The translations under genes and the position numbers were made by a program. This document shows, piece after piece, positions 9,850 to 21,177 of a DNA stretch of 64,000 nt. Origin of the DNA: Hydrogenimonas sp. (GTDB taxonomy: Bacteria > Campylobacterota > Campylobacteria > Campylobacterales > Hydrogenimonadaceae); the NCBI GenBank assembly GCA_030826715.1, contig JAUUDL010000115.1, positions 346 to 64,345 of the forward strand, read 5' to 3'. Every line of letters begins with the position of its first letter. Position 1 is the first letter of the stretch. A model generated the notes under the pieces. It did no database searches. It saw only the letters and a program-made list of their open reading frames with translations, and was not told where the DNA came from.

Positions 9850-11253
9850 TTATTGCACCCTTTCCCATACCGTCCCCTGCGGGGTATCCATCAGCTGGAT
9901 GCCCATATCGGACAATTCGTCGCGGATCGCGTCGGCTTTGGCGAAATTTCTGGCTCTTTTGGCTTCGTTGCGCGCCTCGATGAGCGCCTCGATCTGGACG
10001 ATCTGCTCTTTGCTCATGCCAAGATGGAACCATTCGTAGGCATCCCTGCCTCCAATGCCAAGCAGCGTATCGATCCATGCGATGGTCCCAATGGCCGAAG
10101 CCTTGAAGCCCTTGTCTTTGGGTGTCGCATCGAGGTGTTCGTTGGCTTTGGCGATGAATTCGTCGATGGCCGCCAAGGCTCTCGAGATATTCAAATCATC
10201 CCTGAGCGCGTCGAGAATCTCTTTTTGCCAATGTTTTTCGGGCGTACCGCACTTGCTGCCGTAGAGGCGCTTCTTGAGGCGGTAAAGCTTGTCGAGTCGC
10301 TTTTTGGAAGCGAGCAGATCCTCTTCGTTGAAATTGAAGTTGGCGCGGTAGTGGGTGCCGAGCAGATAGAAGCGCAATATTTCGCCGTCGTAGTGGTCCA
10401 GCGCATCCTTGACGAAGAAACTGTTGCCCAGACTCTTGCTCATCTTTTCGCCGTCGATGTTCACGAATCCGTTATGCATCCAATATTTGGCCAGCTTTTT
10501 ATGCGTCGCGCATCGTGTCTGGGCCGCTTCGTTTTCGTGGTGCGGGAAAAAGAGGTCCGCGCCGCCGCCGTGAATGTCGATTTCGTACGCTTTGTCCTTG
10601 TAGGCGAGGTAGCGGTCGATCATCGCCGAACATTCGATATGCCAGCCCGGGCGGCCCCTGCCAAACGGCGCATCGTAGCAGACATCCTGCACCTTGCACG
10701 CTTTCCAGAGCGCGAAATCGCGCGGATGGCGTTTGCCCTCTTCGTGCGAGATTCTCGCCTGCGTATCCTCCTCTTCACCGCAGCGGTGCGAGAGAGAGCA
10801 GTATTGCCTGTCTTTGGAGGTGTCGAACCAGACCGTACCGTCCTCGCTTCTGTAGGCGCATCCGTTGTCGAGGAGTTTTTGCACCATATCAACGATGGCT
10901 TCGAGCGCTTCGGTGGCGCGGGGGGAGATGTCGGCGTCGAGCACCCCGAGAGCGTGCATGTCCCGCAGGTAGTGCTCGGTATATTTTTTGGTGATCGCCT
11001 CGATCGGCTCACCCGTTTCGAGCGATTTTTTGATGATCTTGTCGTCGATATCGGTGAAGTTGCGTGCGAATGTCACCTTGTAGCCGAGCGCCATGAGTGT
11101 GCGCCGCAGCAGATCGAAGGCGATGGCGCTACGGGCATGGCCGAGATGGGCGTCGTCGTAGACGGTGGGACCGCAAACATAGATGCGCGCCTCGTTGTCC
11201 GATACCGGAACGAAAGGGACCTTTTTCTTCAAAACCGAATCATAGATAACCAT
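9850..11253 (-). CDS. cysS: Cysteine--tRNA ligase
   Basis: CGPTVY, HLGH, PGWHIECSAM, KMSKS. Confidence 0.98.
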   Translation of the reverse strand: MVIYDSVLKKKVPFVPVSDNEARIYVCGPTVYDDAHLGHARSAIAFDLLRRTLMALGYKVTFARNFTDIDDKIIKKSLETGEPIEAITKKYTEHYLRDMHALGVLDADISPRATEALEAIVDMVQKLLDNGCAYRSEDGTVWFDTSKDRQYCSLSHRCGEEEDTQARISHEEGKRHPRDFALWKACKVQDVCYDAPFGRGRPGWHIECSAMIDRYLAYKDKAYEIDIHGGGADLFFPHHENEAAQTRCATHKKLAKYWMHNGFVNIDGEKMSKSLGNSFFVKDALDHYDGEILRFYLLGTHYRANFNFNEEDLLASKKRLDKLYRLKKRLYGSKCGTPEKHWQKEILDALRDDLNISRALAAIDEFIAKANEHLDATPKDKGFKASAIGTIAWIDTLLGIGGRDAYEWFHLGMSKEQIVQIEALIEARNEAKRARNFAKADAIRDELSDMGIQLMDTPQGTVWERVQ

Positions 11254-12649
11254 ACAACAACCTCTTGAGCCCCCAGCTTACGACTGCACAGAGCAGGATG
11301 AACACGAATGCCGGGAGTATCTGTTTTGCGCGCATTATATCCAAAAAGAGTTCGCGTCCGACCGCTTTGAGGGTCCAAAAAAGGAGTGTCCAACCGCTGA
11401 TGCTGGAGGCAAGCGCCAGACCGGGCGCGGCCATCGGACCGATGAGAATCAACGAGAAAACGATGTTCACGCCCAGCGATTTCGCCGCGATCTTCGCCGC
11501 TTCGCCCTGGCGATGGCGGGCGTAGAGCCAGAGCGAGAAGAGCTTTGAGATCCCGAAAGGCAGGAGGCCGGCGATATACATCCGAAGCACGGTGGCGGTC
11601 TGGATGCGGTCATGGGCGTCAAACGCCCCCCGTTCGAAAAGCAGGGCCACGATTCCGTCGGAGAGTATCAGCGCGATGGCGCTCGCACCGCCCAGCAGTG
11701 CCACCAGCAGCCAGAAGACGCGACGGGTCTGCTCTATCGCCTCTTTTTCCCTCTCGTGCTTGAGATGCTTGCTGATCGTGGGAAAGAGGGCGGTGGAGGC
11801 GGCGGTGGCGAAAAGCGCGAGCGGAAGCTGGAAGAGACGGTTGGCGTAGAAGAGATAGCTGATCGAACCGCTCACGAGAAAGGAGGCGAGCCAGGTATCG
11901 ATGAAAGAGGAGAGCTGGGCCGTCGAGTTGCCCAGAACCGATGGGAAAAAGGCACGGCTGAAGCGGTGAATGTCGTCACTCACGGCCTCCTTTTTCTTTC
12001 TTATGTAGTACAACCCGCCAACGAGCAGACGGTCGAGTTTCATGGTGCGGACTCTCCACAGATGGGCGACGAGCTGGAGCGCACCGCCAACGAGGACTGC
12101 CCAGCTGAGCGCATAGACGATACGATCGGGCTCGTCGTGGCGAAAGAGCAGCAGGGCCGTGATCATCGAGACATTGAGCAGGGCCGTCGCGAAAGCGGTG
12201 GTCGCGAAGTGCTCGCGAAACTGCAGCAGTGCCGAAAGAAAGGTGACCAGAAAGATCAAATCGAGATAATAGAAATTGATCGCCACCAAAGGGGCGGCCG
12301 CGCGAACGGCTTCGTCGGAAAAGCCGATGGCGATGAAACGGGTCACGGGCTCCGCAAAAAGTGTCACCACCAGTGACGCCGCCATCAGAAAAAGAAAAAA
12401 GCGCATCAATATCACGACGGCGAAGACGCTTCGATGGCGCGACGCGATGAACGTGGGCATGAAGCTCTGTACGAACGCGCCTTCGGCGAACATGCGGCGA
12501 AAGAGGTTCGGGAGTTTGAAGGCGACGAAAAAGATATCCGAATAGATGTTGGCCCCCAGCACCGACGCCATCAGCAGATCCCTGATGAAACCGAAAATCC
12601 GGGATGTCAGGATACCCGCACTTGTGGTGAAAATGGAGCCTATTCGCAT
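11240..12649 (-). CDS. murJ: Lipid II flippase MurJ (MviN)
   Basis: SRIFGFIRD, PNLFRRMFAEGAF, YANRLFQLP; multi-pass membrane protein. Confidence 0.95.
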   Translation of the reverse strand: MRIGSIFTTSAGILTSRIFGFIRDLLMASVLGANIYSDIFFVAFKLPNLFRRMFAEGAFVQSFMPTFIASRHRSVFAVVILMRFFLFLMAASLVVTLFAEPVTRFIAIGFSDEAVRAAAPLVAINFYYLDLIFLVTFLSALLQFREHFATTAFATALLNVSMITALLLFRHDEPDRIVYALSWAVLVGGALQLVAHLWRVRTMKLDRLLVGGLYYIRKKKEAVSDDIHRFSRAFFPSVLGNSTAQLSSFIDTWLASFLVSGSISYLFYANRLFQLPLALFATAASTALFPTISKHLKHEREKEAIEQTRRVFWLLVALLGGASAIALILSDGIVALLFERGAFDAHDRIQTATVLRMYIAGLLPFGISKLFSLWLYARHRQGEAAKIAAKSLGVNIVFSLILIGPMAAPGLALASSISGWTLLFWTLKAVGRELFLDIMRAKQILPAFVFILLCAVVSWGLKRLLYGYL

Positions 12650-12758
12650 ACGTCTCTCCCTTTTTCATACGACATTTTTTGCAACTTCTATCGATTGATG
12701 CGATTTTAACGATAAATATATTAAAATAGTAACATTTTACTTTACCGAAAGCGGGCCT

Positions 12759-14714
12759 ATGGGGTTTTTCAAGAAAGTTTTTCAAAAAAAGAAGAAAAAA
12801 GAGGACAGATCGGACTCGACGAAGAAATCATCCGGTTTCTCACCGGTGGTGGTACGCACCGAAGATGTGCCGAAAACTGTTCACGAGACGGCACAACGTC
12901 ACGACATTTCCGCCGCTTCGCTCGATATCCGTCTGATCAGCTTACAGACTCTGATCAAAACGGACGAAGCGGAGAGTGACTGGGTCGAGGTCGAAAGTGA
13001 TGACTGGGAGAAGTTCAACAAGCCGGAAATGCTGCTGACCCCGAACTTCGGAATCAAGCAACTCTATGAAATCGAAATAGTCAAATATAAAGAAGAGCCC
13101 TGGGAGTCTGATCTGCAACTGCATATCGCAACCAACAAAGAGAAAAACAGAATCGCCTGCACGATCAAATCGGGCTCCATCATACGAAACAGCGACGACA
13201 TCGATACCAAGATAGCCCATCTGATCCAAAGCAAACTTCTCAAGTCACGCATGTTGATCGGTCTGTGGGATCTCGATTTCATGGAGAATATCAGGGAGCT
13301 GACGGCCAAAGCGAAGGTGCAGGGCCAGTATATCGTCCCCAAAGATGTGACGTTCGATGTGGCAGTATGCTACCCCTCCCAGCCGCCCATCGACGACGAC
13401 ATTGTCTACCATTACAAAAAAGAGGCCGAAGCGGTTTCGGAAAACGGCCGCATCGATCACGCCAAACGCGGTTTCATCCAGGCGGTCGAAAAAGGGGATG
13501 TCGTGATCGAATACATCAAACCCAAACACGGAAAACCGGGCCGAAACTGTCAGGGGCAATATATTCCCGTCGAAAAGCCGAAAGAGACCCACCGTCCGGA
13601 ATTCAAGGTGACCGACGCCATCGAAGTGATCGAAGACGACGACCGCATCCTCTACCGGGCGACCAGGGGCGGTTACGTGGTCTTCAAGGAGAATAGCTAC
13701 GACATTCAGGACGAGATGGAACTCGAAGAGGTGAGCTTCAAGAAGACCGGTTCGATCGACGCGGGTGTCGAAACCGAAGTGAAGCTTCACGTCAACGAAA
13801 CCGATTTCATGAAAGATGCCATCGGTACCGGCGTGGAGGTGGAAGCGACGGAAGTGAAGGTGGAGGGCAACGTTGGTGCATCGGCCCTTGTCAAAGCCGA
13901 GGATGTCGTCGTCGGCGGTATGACGCACCAAAGCAGCCGCATCTATGCGAAAACGGCACGCATCAACGTCCACCGAGGTTTTCTCAAATGCCTGGAAAGG
14001 GCGGAGATTTCACGCCTGGAAGGGGGCATTGTCGAAGCGAAAGAGGCGGCCATATCCCAGGTCGTCGGCGGCGAAGTGAAGGCGATGAAGATCGAAGCGG
14101 GCATCCTTGCCGCCAATGCCAGGCTTTTTGGCGTCACCGAGATCACGATCGACAAGATGGTTGGCGAGAACAACAAAATCGTGATCGACCCCTCTGAAAT
14201 CGACGCCTACCACGATGAGATAACATCGCTTGAAAAAGAGATCGAAGCAATCGAGAAAAATATCGAAAAGATCGATACCGAGCTCGAACTCAAAAATCAG
14301 ATCCGCCAGAAGAGCGAATCGGCGGTAGCGACACTCAAAAAGAGAATCGTCCAGGATATCAAGAAAGGGATCAAGCCGAAACCGGCATTTGTCGCGAAGG
14401 TGAAACAGTTCCAAAAACTTGTCGAAACGATCGAAGGAATCGAAAAAAAACGCCGGGAGGCCGAAGAGAGTCTCCAGGCATCAAAAGCCAGACTGCTCGC
14501 CTATCAGGAGATGATACTGCATGCAAAAATCGTTAACCGCGGCGAATGGAAAGAGTACACGACGATCGAATTTCATCTGCTCTATCCGCAGATGAAACTG
14601 GAATTCACGCCAACACCAGGGGTTAAAAACCAGATGGTCTATCTGAAAAAATCGGGTGAAAGTGAAGAGGGCGAGCCCATCTACGAAGTCGCCGTCAAGG
14701 AGGCGGAGGCATGA
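12759..14714 (+). CDS. fapA: Flagellar assembly protein A family (FapA/DUF342)
   Basis: Beta-helix-like repeats ([13 protein letters not shown]...), coiled coil, usual Campylobacterota position between murJ and ruvA. Confidence 0.75.
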   Translation: MGFFKKVFQKKKKKEDRSDSTKKSSGFSPVVVRTEDVPKTVHETAQRHDISAASLDIRLISLQTLIKTDEAESDWVEVESDDWEKFNKPEMLLTPNFGIKQLYEIEIVKYKEEPWESDLQLHIATNKEKNRIACTIKSGSIIRNSDDIDTKIAHLIQSKLLKSRMLIGLWDLDFMENIRELTAKAKVQGQYIVPKDVTFDVAVCYPSQPPIDDDIVYHYKKEAEAVSENGRIDHAKRGFIQAVEKGDVVIEYIKPKHGKPGRNCQGQYIPVEKPKETHRPEFKVTDAIEVIEDDDRILYRATRGGYVVFKENSYDIQDEMELEEVSFKKTGSIDAGVETEVKLHVNETDFMKDAIGTGVEVEATEVKVEGNVGASALVKAEDVVVGGMTHQSSRIYAKTARINVHRGFLKCLERAEISRLEGGIVEAKEAAISQVVGGEVKAMKIEAGILAANARLFGVTEITIDKMVGENNKIVIDPSEIDAYHDEITSLEKEIEAIEKNIEKIDTELELKNQIRQKSESAVATLKKRIVQDIKKGIKPKPAFVAKVKQFQKLVETIEGIEKKRREAEESLQASKARLLAYQEMILHAKIVNRGEWKEYTTIEFHLLYPQMKLEFTPTPGVKNQMVYLKKSGESEEGEPIYEVAVKEAEA

Positions 14715-15274
14715 TCGTCGGCATCACGGGACGCATCGAAAAGAAAGATCCCACCCATCTGCACATTCTGACCGCTTCGGGACTGATCTACGAAGTCTTC
14801 GTGTCGCTTCATTGCAGCGCGGCGATCAAGAGCGACGAGGTGAAACTGCATATCACCCACATCATCAGGGAAGATGCACAGCAGCTCTTCGGATTTCTCG
14901 ACATCAACGAAAAGCGGATGTTCGATACGCTCATCAAGATCAACGGCGTCGGGCCCAAGGTGGCGATGGCGATCTGTTCGACCTTCACCCCCCAGACATT
15001 CGCCCAGGTGGTCGAAGCCAAAGATGTGGGGATGCTCAAGCGGGTGCCGGGTATCGGACCCAAAAGTGCGAGCCGGATTCTCGTCGAACTTGGCGGCTTT
15101 TCACTCGAGCTCGCCGGCGAGAGCAATCCCGCCAGCCGTGCGCACAACGAAGCGGCGATGGCGCTCGAGAGCCTCGGTTTCAAAAAAGAGCAGATCACCA
15201 AAACATTGGCGCAGTGTAAAAGCGGTGATACCGAAAGCCTCATCAAAGAGGCTTTGAAAAAGTTGAGCAAATGA
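14711..15274 (+). CDS. ruvA: Holliday junction branch migration protein RuvA
   Basis: [10 protein letters not shown], two HhH motifs ([14 protein letters not shown]), ALESLGF domain III. Confidence 0.96.
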   Translation: MIVGITGRIEKKDPTHLHILTASGLIYEVFVSLHCSAAIKSDEVKLHITHIIREDAQQLFGFLDINEKRMFDTLIKINGVGPKVAMAICSTFTPQTFAQVVEAKDVGMLKRVPGIGPKSASRILVELGGFSLELAGESNPASRAHNEAAMALESLGFKKEQITKTLAQCKSGDTESLIKEALKKLSK

Positions 15275-15302
15275 TAAAAATTTACAACAGGATGAAACGA
15301 CC

Positions 15303-16352
15303 ATGACTATAGCCATACTCTTCGGCGGCGCGAGCTACGAACACGAAATCAGCATCGTCAGTGCGATCGCACTGAAAAAAGTGATGAAAAAGAGTCCGGT
15401 CTTCATATTTCTCGACGCAGAGGGACATTTCTATCACATTCCGTCCGATCAGATGAGATCCGACCACTTCAGTTCCGGCGACTACAAAAAGAACGACGCT
15501 TTGCATCTGACACGCGGCGGTTTCGAAAAGAGGGGACTTTTCAAACCCAAAAAGTTCGAAGGTTTCGACGTGGTGCTCAACCTCGTCCACGGCGGGCAGG
15601 GTGAAGACGGCACGATCGCCGCACTCCTGGATTTTTACGGTATCCATTACATCGGTCCGCGCAAGGAGGCCTCCGTCATCAGTTACAACAAATGGCTAAC
15701 CAAACTTTACGCCGAGGGCATCGGGATCGAAACGGTGGAGTACCAGCTTCTTCGAATCGACGACGAAAGAAAGCTCGACTTCGGCTACCCCGTCATTGTC
15801 AAGCCGCTGCGGCTTGGCAGTTCGATCGGCGTGAGCATCGTCAAAAAAGAGGAGGATCTCGACTTCGCCCTCGATGTCGCGTTCGAATTCGACGACGAAG
15901 TGCTGATCGAACCGTTCATCGAAGGGATCGAAGAGTACAACGTAGCCGGCTGCCGTGTCGGCGGCGAGTGGGTATTCGGCCGTGTAGAGAAACCGAAAAA
16001 GAAAGAATTTCTCGATTTCGAGCAGAAGTACCTCGATTTCGCCAGAACCGAAAGCGTGCAGGAAGCCGACATTCCCGCTTCGCTCGAATCGGATCTCAAA
16101 GATGAATTCAAGAAGGTATACGGCACCGCGTTCGAGGGAGCGCTGATCCGCTGTGATTTCTTTTTTGCCAGCGGCGAGATACTGCTCAACGAGATCAATC
16201 CGATCCCGGGTTCCATGGCGAACTATCTTTTCGACGATTTCGATAACGTGCTGGATCGTTTGGCGTCGCATCAGCCCAAAGTACGACGCATCCGTCCCGA
16301 CTACGCCTACATCCACAAAGTGCAATCGGCCAAAGGGCCGAAAGTTGGGTAG
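15303..16352 (+). CDS. ddl: D-alanine--D-alanine ligase
   Basis: GGASYEHEISIVSA, HGGQGEDG, GSSIGVS, NEINPIPG. Confidence 0.95.
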   Translation: MTIAILFGGASYEHEISIVSAIALKKVMKKSPVFIFLDAEGHFYHIPSDQMRSDHFSSGDYKKNDALHLTRGGFEKRGLFKPKKFEGFDVVLNLVHGGQGEDGTIAALLDFYGIHYIGPRKEASVISYNKWLTKLYAEGIGIETVEYQLLRIDDERKLDFGYPVIVKPLRLGSSIGVSIVKKEEDLDFALDVAFEFDDEVLIEPFIEGIEEYNVAGCRVGGEWVFGRVEKPKKKEFLDFEQKYLDFARTESVQEADIPASLESDLKDEFKKVYGTAFEGALIRCDFFFASGEILLNEINPIPGSMANYLFDDFDNVLDRLASHQPKVRRIRPDYAYIHKVQSAKGPKVG

Positions 16353-18065
16353 ATGAAGAAGTTTCTCGCCACCTACCTGCCGTACTACGCCGCCTACAAA
16401 GGCAAAGTAATAATGGCGATCGTCGGAATGGTCCTCGCTTCCGCCGCCACGGCCGCCATCGCCTACATGGTCAAACCGCTGATGGACAGGATCTTCGTCG
16501 AACACGACGTGAAGATGCTCTACATCCTGCCGGCGTTCATCATCCTCGCCTTCGTCGGCAAGGGGTTGGGAACCTTCATGCAGGCCTACGCGCTCAGCTT
16601 CATCGGACAGGATATCATCCGAAAACTGCGCGACAGAATGCTGGGGCACATGATGCACCTGGATATGGACTTTCATTTCCGCTTCCACAGCGGCGAGCTG
16701 ATCAGCCGCATCAGCAACGACATTCTGCGGGTGCAGAATGCGATCTCTTCGGATATCGCCATTTTGCTTAGGGAGTTCGTCACCGTCGTCGCGCTCCTTG
16801 GCGTCGTCATCTATCAAAGCCCCACGCTCGCACTCTACTCGCTCATCATCATTCCACTGGCCATCTATCCGGTCGAGACGATCTCCAGAAAGATCAAAAA
16901 GCTCTCCCACCGCTCGCAGGAGCAAAATTCCGAGCTTCTTTCGACACTTTCGGAAATTTTCGCCAATTACGAAATGATCAAATCCTACAACGCCCAGGAT
17001 TTCGAACTCTCCAATTTCAAGAAGCGCAACTTCGACTTCTTTACTACAAACATCAAGACCGTCAAGGTCCAGCTGATGCTCGTGCCCATTCTCGAGCTCG
17101 TCGCCGCCGCAGCGATCACCGCCGTCATCGTCATCGGCGGGCGGGAGGTGCTCATCACCAAAGAGCTGACCACCGGCGAGTTCTTCTCTTTTCTTACCGC
17201 GCTCTCGCTGCTGATCGACCCGCTCAGGCGCATCTCGACGGCGTATAGCCATCTGCAGGATGCCGTGGCCGCCAACGAACGGATCGAACAGATTCTGCAT
17301 TACAAGCCGATGATTGTCAGCGGTACAAAAAAGATCGACCATGTCGATGCGATCGAATTCGAACATGTCACGCTCCGATACGGCGACACGATCGCCCTCG
17401 AAGATATCTCGCTGCAGGCGAGAAAGGGTGAAGTGATCGGCCTCGTCGGCGATAGCGGCGGCGGAAAGAGTTCGATGGTCAATCTGATTTTGCGCTTCTA
17501 CGACCCCGCCGAAGGGGTCGTGAAGATCAACGGCATCGACGCCCGCGATATCGACGTCACCACACTGCGCGACCGTATCGCCATCGTCACTCAGCGCATC
17601 TACATCAGCAACGACACGATCGCCGCCAATGTCGCTTACGGCGTCGAACCGGACGAAGCAAAAGTGATCGAAGCGCTCAAAAAGGCCAATCTGTGGGATT
17701 TCGTCTCTGAACTTCCCGAAGGGGTTCTTACGGTTCTGAGCGAAGGGGGCACGAACCTCTCGGGTGGCCAGCGCCAGCGTATCGCGATCGCGCGGGCTCT
17801 GTACAAAAACCCCGATATACTGATCCTCGACGAAGCGACCAGCGCGCTCGACAACAAGAGTGAAGCCGCCATCATCGAGACGATCTACCGGCTCAAAAGC
17901 GATCTCATCGTCTTCATGATCGCCCACCGTCTGACGACGATCGAAAGAGCCGACAAGATCCTGGTTTTCGAGCACGGCCATATCGTCTGCCAGGGGAGCA
18001 AGGCGGAACTTTCGAAAAATTGCGACACATTCAGAAAACTCTACCATATGGCAGGTGAAGCATGA
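16353..18065 (+). CDS. msbA: MsbA-like ABC exporter (fused permease and ATPase)
   Basis: N-terminal TMD, Walker A GDSGGGKS, LSGGQRQ signature, ILILDEATSALD. Confidence 0.8.
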   Translation: MKKFLATYLPYYAAYKGKVIMAIVGMVLASAATAAIAYMVKPLMDRIFVEHDVKMLYILPAFIILAFVGKGLGTFMQAYALSFIGQDIIRKLRDRMLGHMMHLDMDFHFRFHSGELISRISNDILRVQNAISSDIAILLREFVTVVALLGVVIYQSPTLALYSLIIIPLAIYPVETISRKIKKLSHRSQEQNSELLSTLSEIFANYEMIKSYNAQDFELSNFKKRNFDFFTTNIKTVKVQLMLVPILELVAAAAITAVIVIGGREVLITKELTTGEFFSFLTALSLLIDPLRRISTAYSHLQDAVAANERIEQILHYKPMIVSGTKKIDHVDAIEFEHVTLRYGDTIALEDISLQARKGEVIGLVGDSGGGKSSMVNLILRFYDPAEGVVKINGIDARDIDVTTLRDRIAIVTQRIYISNDTIAANVAYGVEPDEAKVIEALKKANLWDFVSELPEGVLTVLSEGGTNLSGGQRQRIAIARALYKNPDILILDEATSALDNKSEAAIIETIYRLKSDLIVFMIAHRLTTIERADKILVFEHGHIVCQGSKAELSKNCDTFRKLYHMAGEA

Positions 18066-18748
18066 GCCGGGACAAAAGCGTCAAATACGAGACCCTCTGG
18101 GACAAGATCAAAGTGTGGTTCGTTTCGATGATCATCGAGCACAACTTCACCAACATCTTCCGCCTCAATCTGCATAAAGTGAACGACAAACTCTATAGGT
18201 CGAGCCAGCCGACGCCCTGGCAGCTCAAAAAAATCGTCAAAGAGAAGGGGATCAAAACCGTCATCAACCTCCGGGGCACCCATCCGCAGAGCCCGGTCTA
18301 CATGCTCGAAAGAAAGACCTGCGAAGAGCTCGGAATCAAGATGATCGATGTGGAGGTCTATTCAAGACAGCTTCCCGAAAGAGAGAAGCTCGAGATGATG
18401 GCCAAAGCCTTCGAAGAGGCCGAATACCCCGCACTGATGCACTGCAAAGCGGGAGCCGATCGTACGGGCCTGGCTGCCACCTTCTACCTCTACTACAAAG
18501 AGAGCGTGCCGCTCGAAAAGATCGACCAGCTCAAATTCGTCCCCTACGGCCATATCAAGAGCTCCAACGCGGGCATTATCGACTACTATTTCGAGGAATT
18601 CGCCAAATACAAAAAAGAGCATCCCGATGCCGACATCTTCGAGTGGACCGAAAAACTGCCGCGCCAGGAAGTAGAGAAAGCTTTCAGGGAGCAAAAGGAG
18701 AGTTTCCTCTCCGATTTCGTCAACAACGTTCTGCTCAGAAGGGAGTAG
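18062..18748 (+). CDS. Cys-based (PTP/DSP-like) phosphatase, CtpA-like
   Basis: HCKAGADRTG CX5R loop, YRSSQP, INLRG, YGHIK, C-terminal LRRE; ATGA overlap with the msbA-like gene. Confidence 0.85.
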   Translation: MSRDKSVKYETLWDKIKVWFVSMIIEHNFTNIFRLNLHKVNDKLYRSSQPTPWQLKKIVKEKGIKTVINLRGTHPQSPVYMLERKTCEELGIKMIDVEVYSRQLPEREKLEMMAKAFEEAEYPALMHCKAGADRTGLAATFYLYYKESVPLEKIDQLKFVPYGHIKSSNAGIIDYYFEEFAKYKKEHPDADIFEWTEKLPRQEVEKAFREQKESFLSDFVNNVLLRRE

Positions 18749-18749
18749 C

Positions 18750-19475
18750 ATGGCCGTCAAACCCGTCGAATACAGAGGTGACACTTTTCGGATCGCCTAC
18801 GACATCAAAAATCCCAATGGCGAAAAAACGATCGTATTCCTTCATGGATGGGGAAGCAACAAAGAGCTGATGGCGCAGGCATTTTCGCATGCGCTGCCGC
18901 ATTGGCGCCATATCTATCTCGATCTGCCCGGTTTCGGAAAGAGCGACAACGACGCAGTACTCACCACCGCCGACTATGCCGCGATCGTTTCGGAATTCCT
19001 CGATGCTATCAACACGCGCGCGAACGTGGCCGTGGGGCACTCGTTTGGCGGCAAAGTCGCCACGCTGCTGATGCCCGATGCGCTCATACTGCTTTCAAGT
19101 GCCGGGATCGTCATGCCAAAACCGTGGAAAGTGCGGTTGAAGATAGCACTCTACAAAGCGCTCAAGCCTTTCGCACCCGATGCGATCAGAAATCTCTTCG
19201 TCTCGGCCGATGCCGCCGGCATGCCGCCAAACATGTACGAAACCTTCAAAAAGGTCGTCGACGAAGATTTCAGCCACACCTTCGAATCTTTCCGTTCTCC
19301 CGCGCTTCTTTGCTGGGGAAAAAATGATACCGCCACACCGCTGGAAGCCGGCGAGAAGATCGCCTCGTTGATGCCCAACGCGACGCTGAAAGTTTTCGAA
19401 GGTGACCACTACTTCTTTCTGCACAACAGTGCGCCCGTGATCAAATCGATGGAGGATTTTCTTGAAAAGATATAG
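18750..19475 (+). CDS. Alpha/beta hydrolase
   Basis: FLHGWG, DLPGFG, GHSFGG nucleophile elbow, C-terminal His (GDHY). Confidence 0.9.
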   Translation: MAVKPVEYRGDTFRIAYDIKNPNGEKTIVFLHGWGSNKELMAQAFSHALPHWRHIYLDLPGFGKSDNDAVLTTADYAAIVSEFLDAINTRANVAVGHSFGGKVATLLMPDALILLSSAGIVMPKPWKVRLKIALYKALKPFAPDAIRNLFVSADAAGMPPNMYETFKKVVDEDFSHTFESFRSPALLCWGKNDTATPLEAGEKIASLMPNATLKVFEGDHYFFLHNSAPVIKSMEDFLEKI

Positions 19476-19734
19476 ATGTATCGTCAAAGGGAAGGTGCAG
19501 GGAGTTTGGTACCGTAAATATGTCTCCGACATGGCGAAGAAGGCCGGATTCAAAGGATATGTCAGAAATCTTCCCGACGGAACCGTCGAAGCCGTCGCCG
19601 ATGTCGAAGAATCCGACCTGCCGGCATTCGAAGCGATTTTGTTCAAAGGCTCACCCCTCTCGATCGTGACCGACGTCTCCTGCGAGGAGATTCCTTTTGA
19701 AAAACCCTACACCACATTCGAGGTGATACGATGA
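19462..19734 (+). CDS. acyP: Acylphosphatase
   Basis: GKVQGVWYR and GYVRNLPDGTVE motifs. Confidence 0.93.
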   Translation: MKRYRCIVKGKVQGVWYRKYVSDMAKKAGFKGYVRNLPDGTVEAVADVEESDLPAFEAILFKGSPLSIVTDVSCEEIPFEKPYTTFEVIR

Positions 19735-21164
19735 TATGGTTTCAGCTCTTTTCACATATCCTGCTCGTGATGGCACTTGGTTGGTACCTGGCGACCAATC
19801 TGCAGTGGTACAGTTACAAAATCGAGCGTGTCGTTTTGCACCACACCAACTACGTATGGCATCTGATCTACTTTCTGATCCCGCTTTTTGCCTACTACTT
19901 CACAGGTCTTTATTACTGGATCTATTTCTATTTCGCCTATCTGCCATCGTTGTGGCTATGGCACAGGAGGCTCGACAGGAAATTGGTACTCACAGGTCGC
20001 ATCAAACGCTTTTTCGCACTTCTTCTGGCGCTGACACTCTTTCAGGACATTCTTTGTATGGCCAAAGAGGCGTGCGAAGTTTTCGGTGTCATCCTGCCGC
20101 TCACATTTGCGGTGGCCGGTTCGATGATGATCGAAAAGGTGCTCTTCCACGGCTTTAAAGTGCAGTCGAAAAATAAACTTAACAATATGCCCGATCTCAT
20201 TGTCGTCGGCGTCACGGCCAGCTATGGAAAGACCAGCATCAAAAATTTTATCGCCCAGATCGTCGGGCATGAAAAAAAGGTCTACGCCACGCCGCGCAGC
20301 GTCAATACGCTCGGCGGCGTGATGAAGGATATCAACGAATCGCTTCCTGAGGATACGGAAGTCTATATCGTCGAGATGGGGGCCCGGGGGCCCGGTGATA
20401 TCGCCGAAATCACCCATTTCGTGCAACCGCATTTCGCCGTCGTCGGCGTCATCGGACCGCAGCATATCGAATATTTCAAAACACTGGGGCGCATTCGCGA
20501 CACCAAGATGGAGATACTGCAGAGCGATCGCCTGCGGCACGCGTGGGTCCACACCTCCGCCAATGTCAAACCCGATGAGAAGGTGACGGTTTTTGGTGAC
20601 GAAATTGAAAATATCCGTGCGACGCTGGATGGCGTCGACTTCGATCTATCACTCGAGAAAGAAAAAGTGCATATGCATATCCCGATCCTCGGCACATTCA
20701 ACGCCATCAACGTCACAGCTGCGCTCTACGTAGCCGATGCGCTCGGTATCCCTTACGAAAAAGGAGCCAAATATGCCGAAAAACTGACCCCTGTCGAACA
20801 TCGCCTGCAGCGAATCGATGCCGGAGGAAAGATCATCCTCGACGACAGTTTCAACGGCAATATCGACGGCATGCTTGCATCGTTCGAACTGGCGTCGCAA
20901 TACAATGGCCGAAAAGTGGTGATCACGCCCGGACTTGTCGAAAGCGACGAGACGATGAATGAGAAGATTGCCGAAAAAGCCAATGAAATCTTCGATCTCG
21001 TCATTGTCACCGGACGCCTCAACAGAGCGGTTTTCGAAAAGATCGTCGACAATTCAAAGCTCCACATTCTCGATGACAAAAGCAAAATGGAGCAGACACT
21101 TGCCGAACTGACACGCCCAGGCGATCTGATACTTTTCGCCAACGACGCCCCCAATTTCATATAA
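19731..21164 (+). CDS. murF: Mur ligase, MurF-type with N-terminal membrane domain
   Basis: TASYGKTS P-loop, VEMGA, DDSFNGN; membrane N-terminus as in Campylobacterota MurF. Confidence 0.85.
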   Translation: MIWFQLFSHILLVMALGWYLATNLQWYSYKIERVVLHHTNYVWHLIYFLIPLFAYYFTGLYYWIYFYFAYLPSLWLWHRRLDRKLVLTGRIKRFFALLLALTLFQDILCMAKEACEVFGVILPLTFAVAGSMMIEKVLFHGFKVQSKNKLNNMPDLIVVGVTASYGKTSIKNFIAQIVGHEKKVYATPRSVNTLGGVMKDINESLPEDTEVYIVEMGARGPGDIAEITHFVQPHFAVVGVIGPQHIEYFKTLGRIRDTKMEILQSDRLRHAWVHTSANVKPDEKVTVFGDEIENIRATLDGVDFDLSLEKEKVHMHIPILGTFNAINVTAALYVADALGIPYEKGAKYAEKLTPVEHRLQRIDAGGKIILDDSFNGNIDGMLASFELASQYNGRKVVITPGLVESDETMNEKIAEKANEIFDLVIVTGRLNRAVFEKIVDNSKLHILDDKSKMEQTLAELTRPGDLILFANDAPNFI

Positions 21165-21177
21165 GTAAAGAATAACA

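Noticed and set aside
15696-18047. 783-aa minus-strand ORF
   Set aside because: Antisense shadow of ddl and the msbA-like gene caused by codon bias; no motifs or RBS
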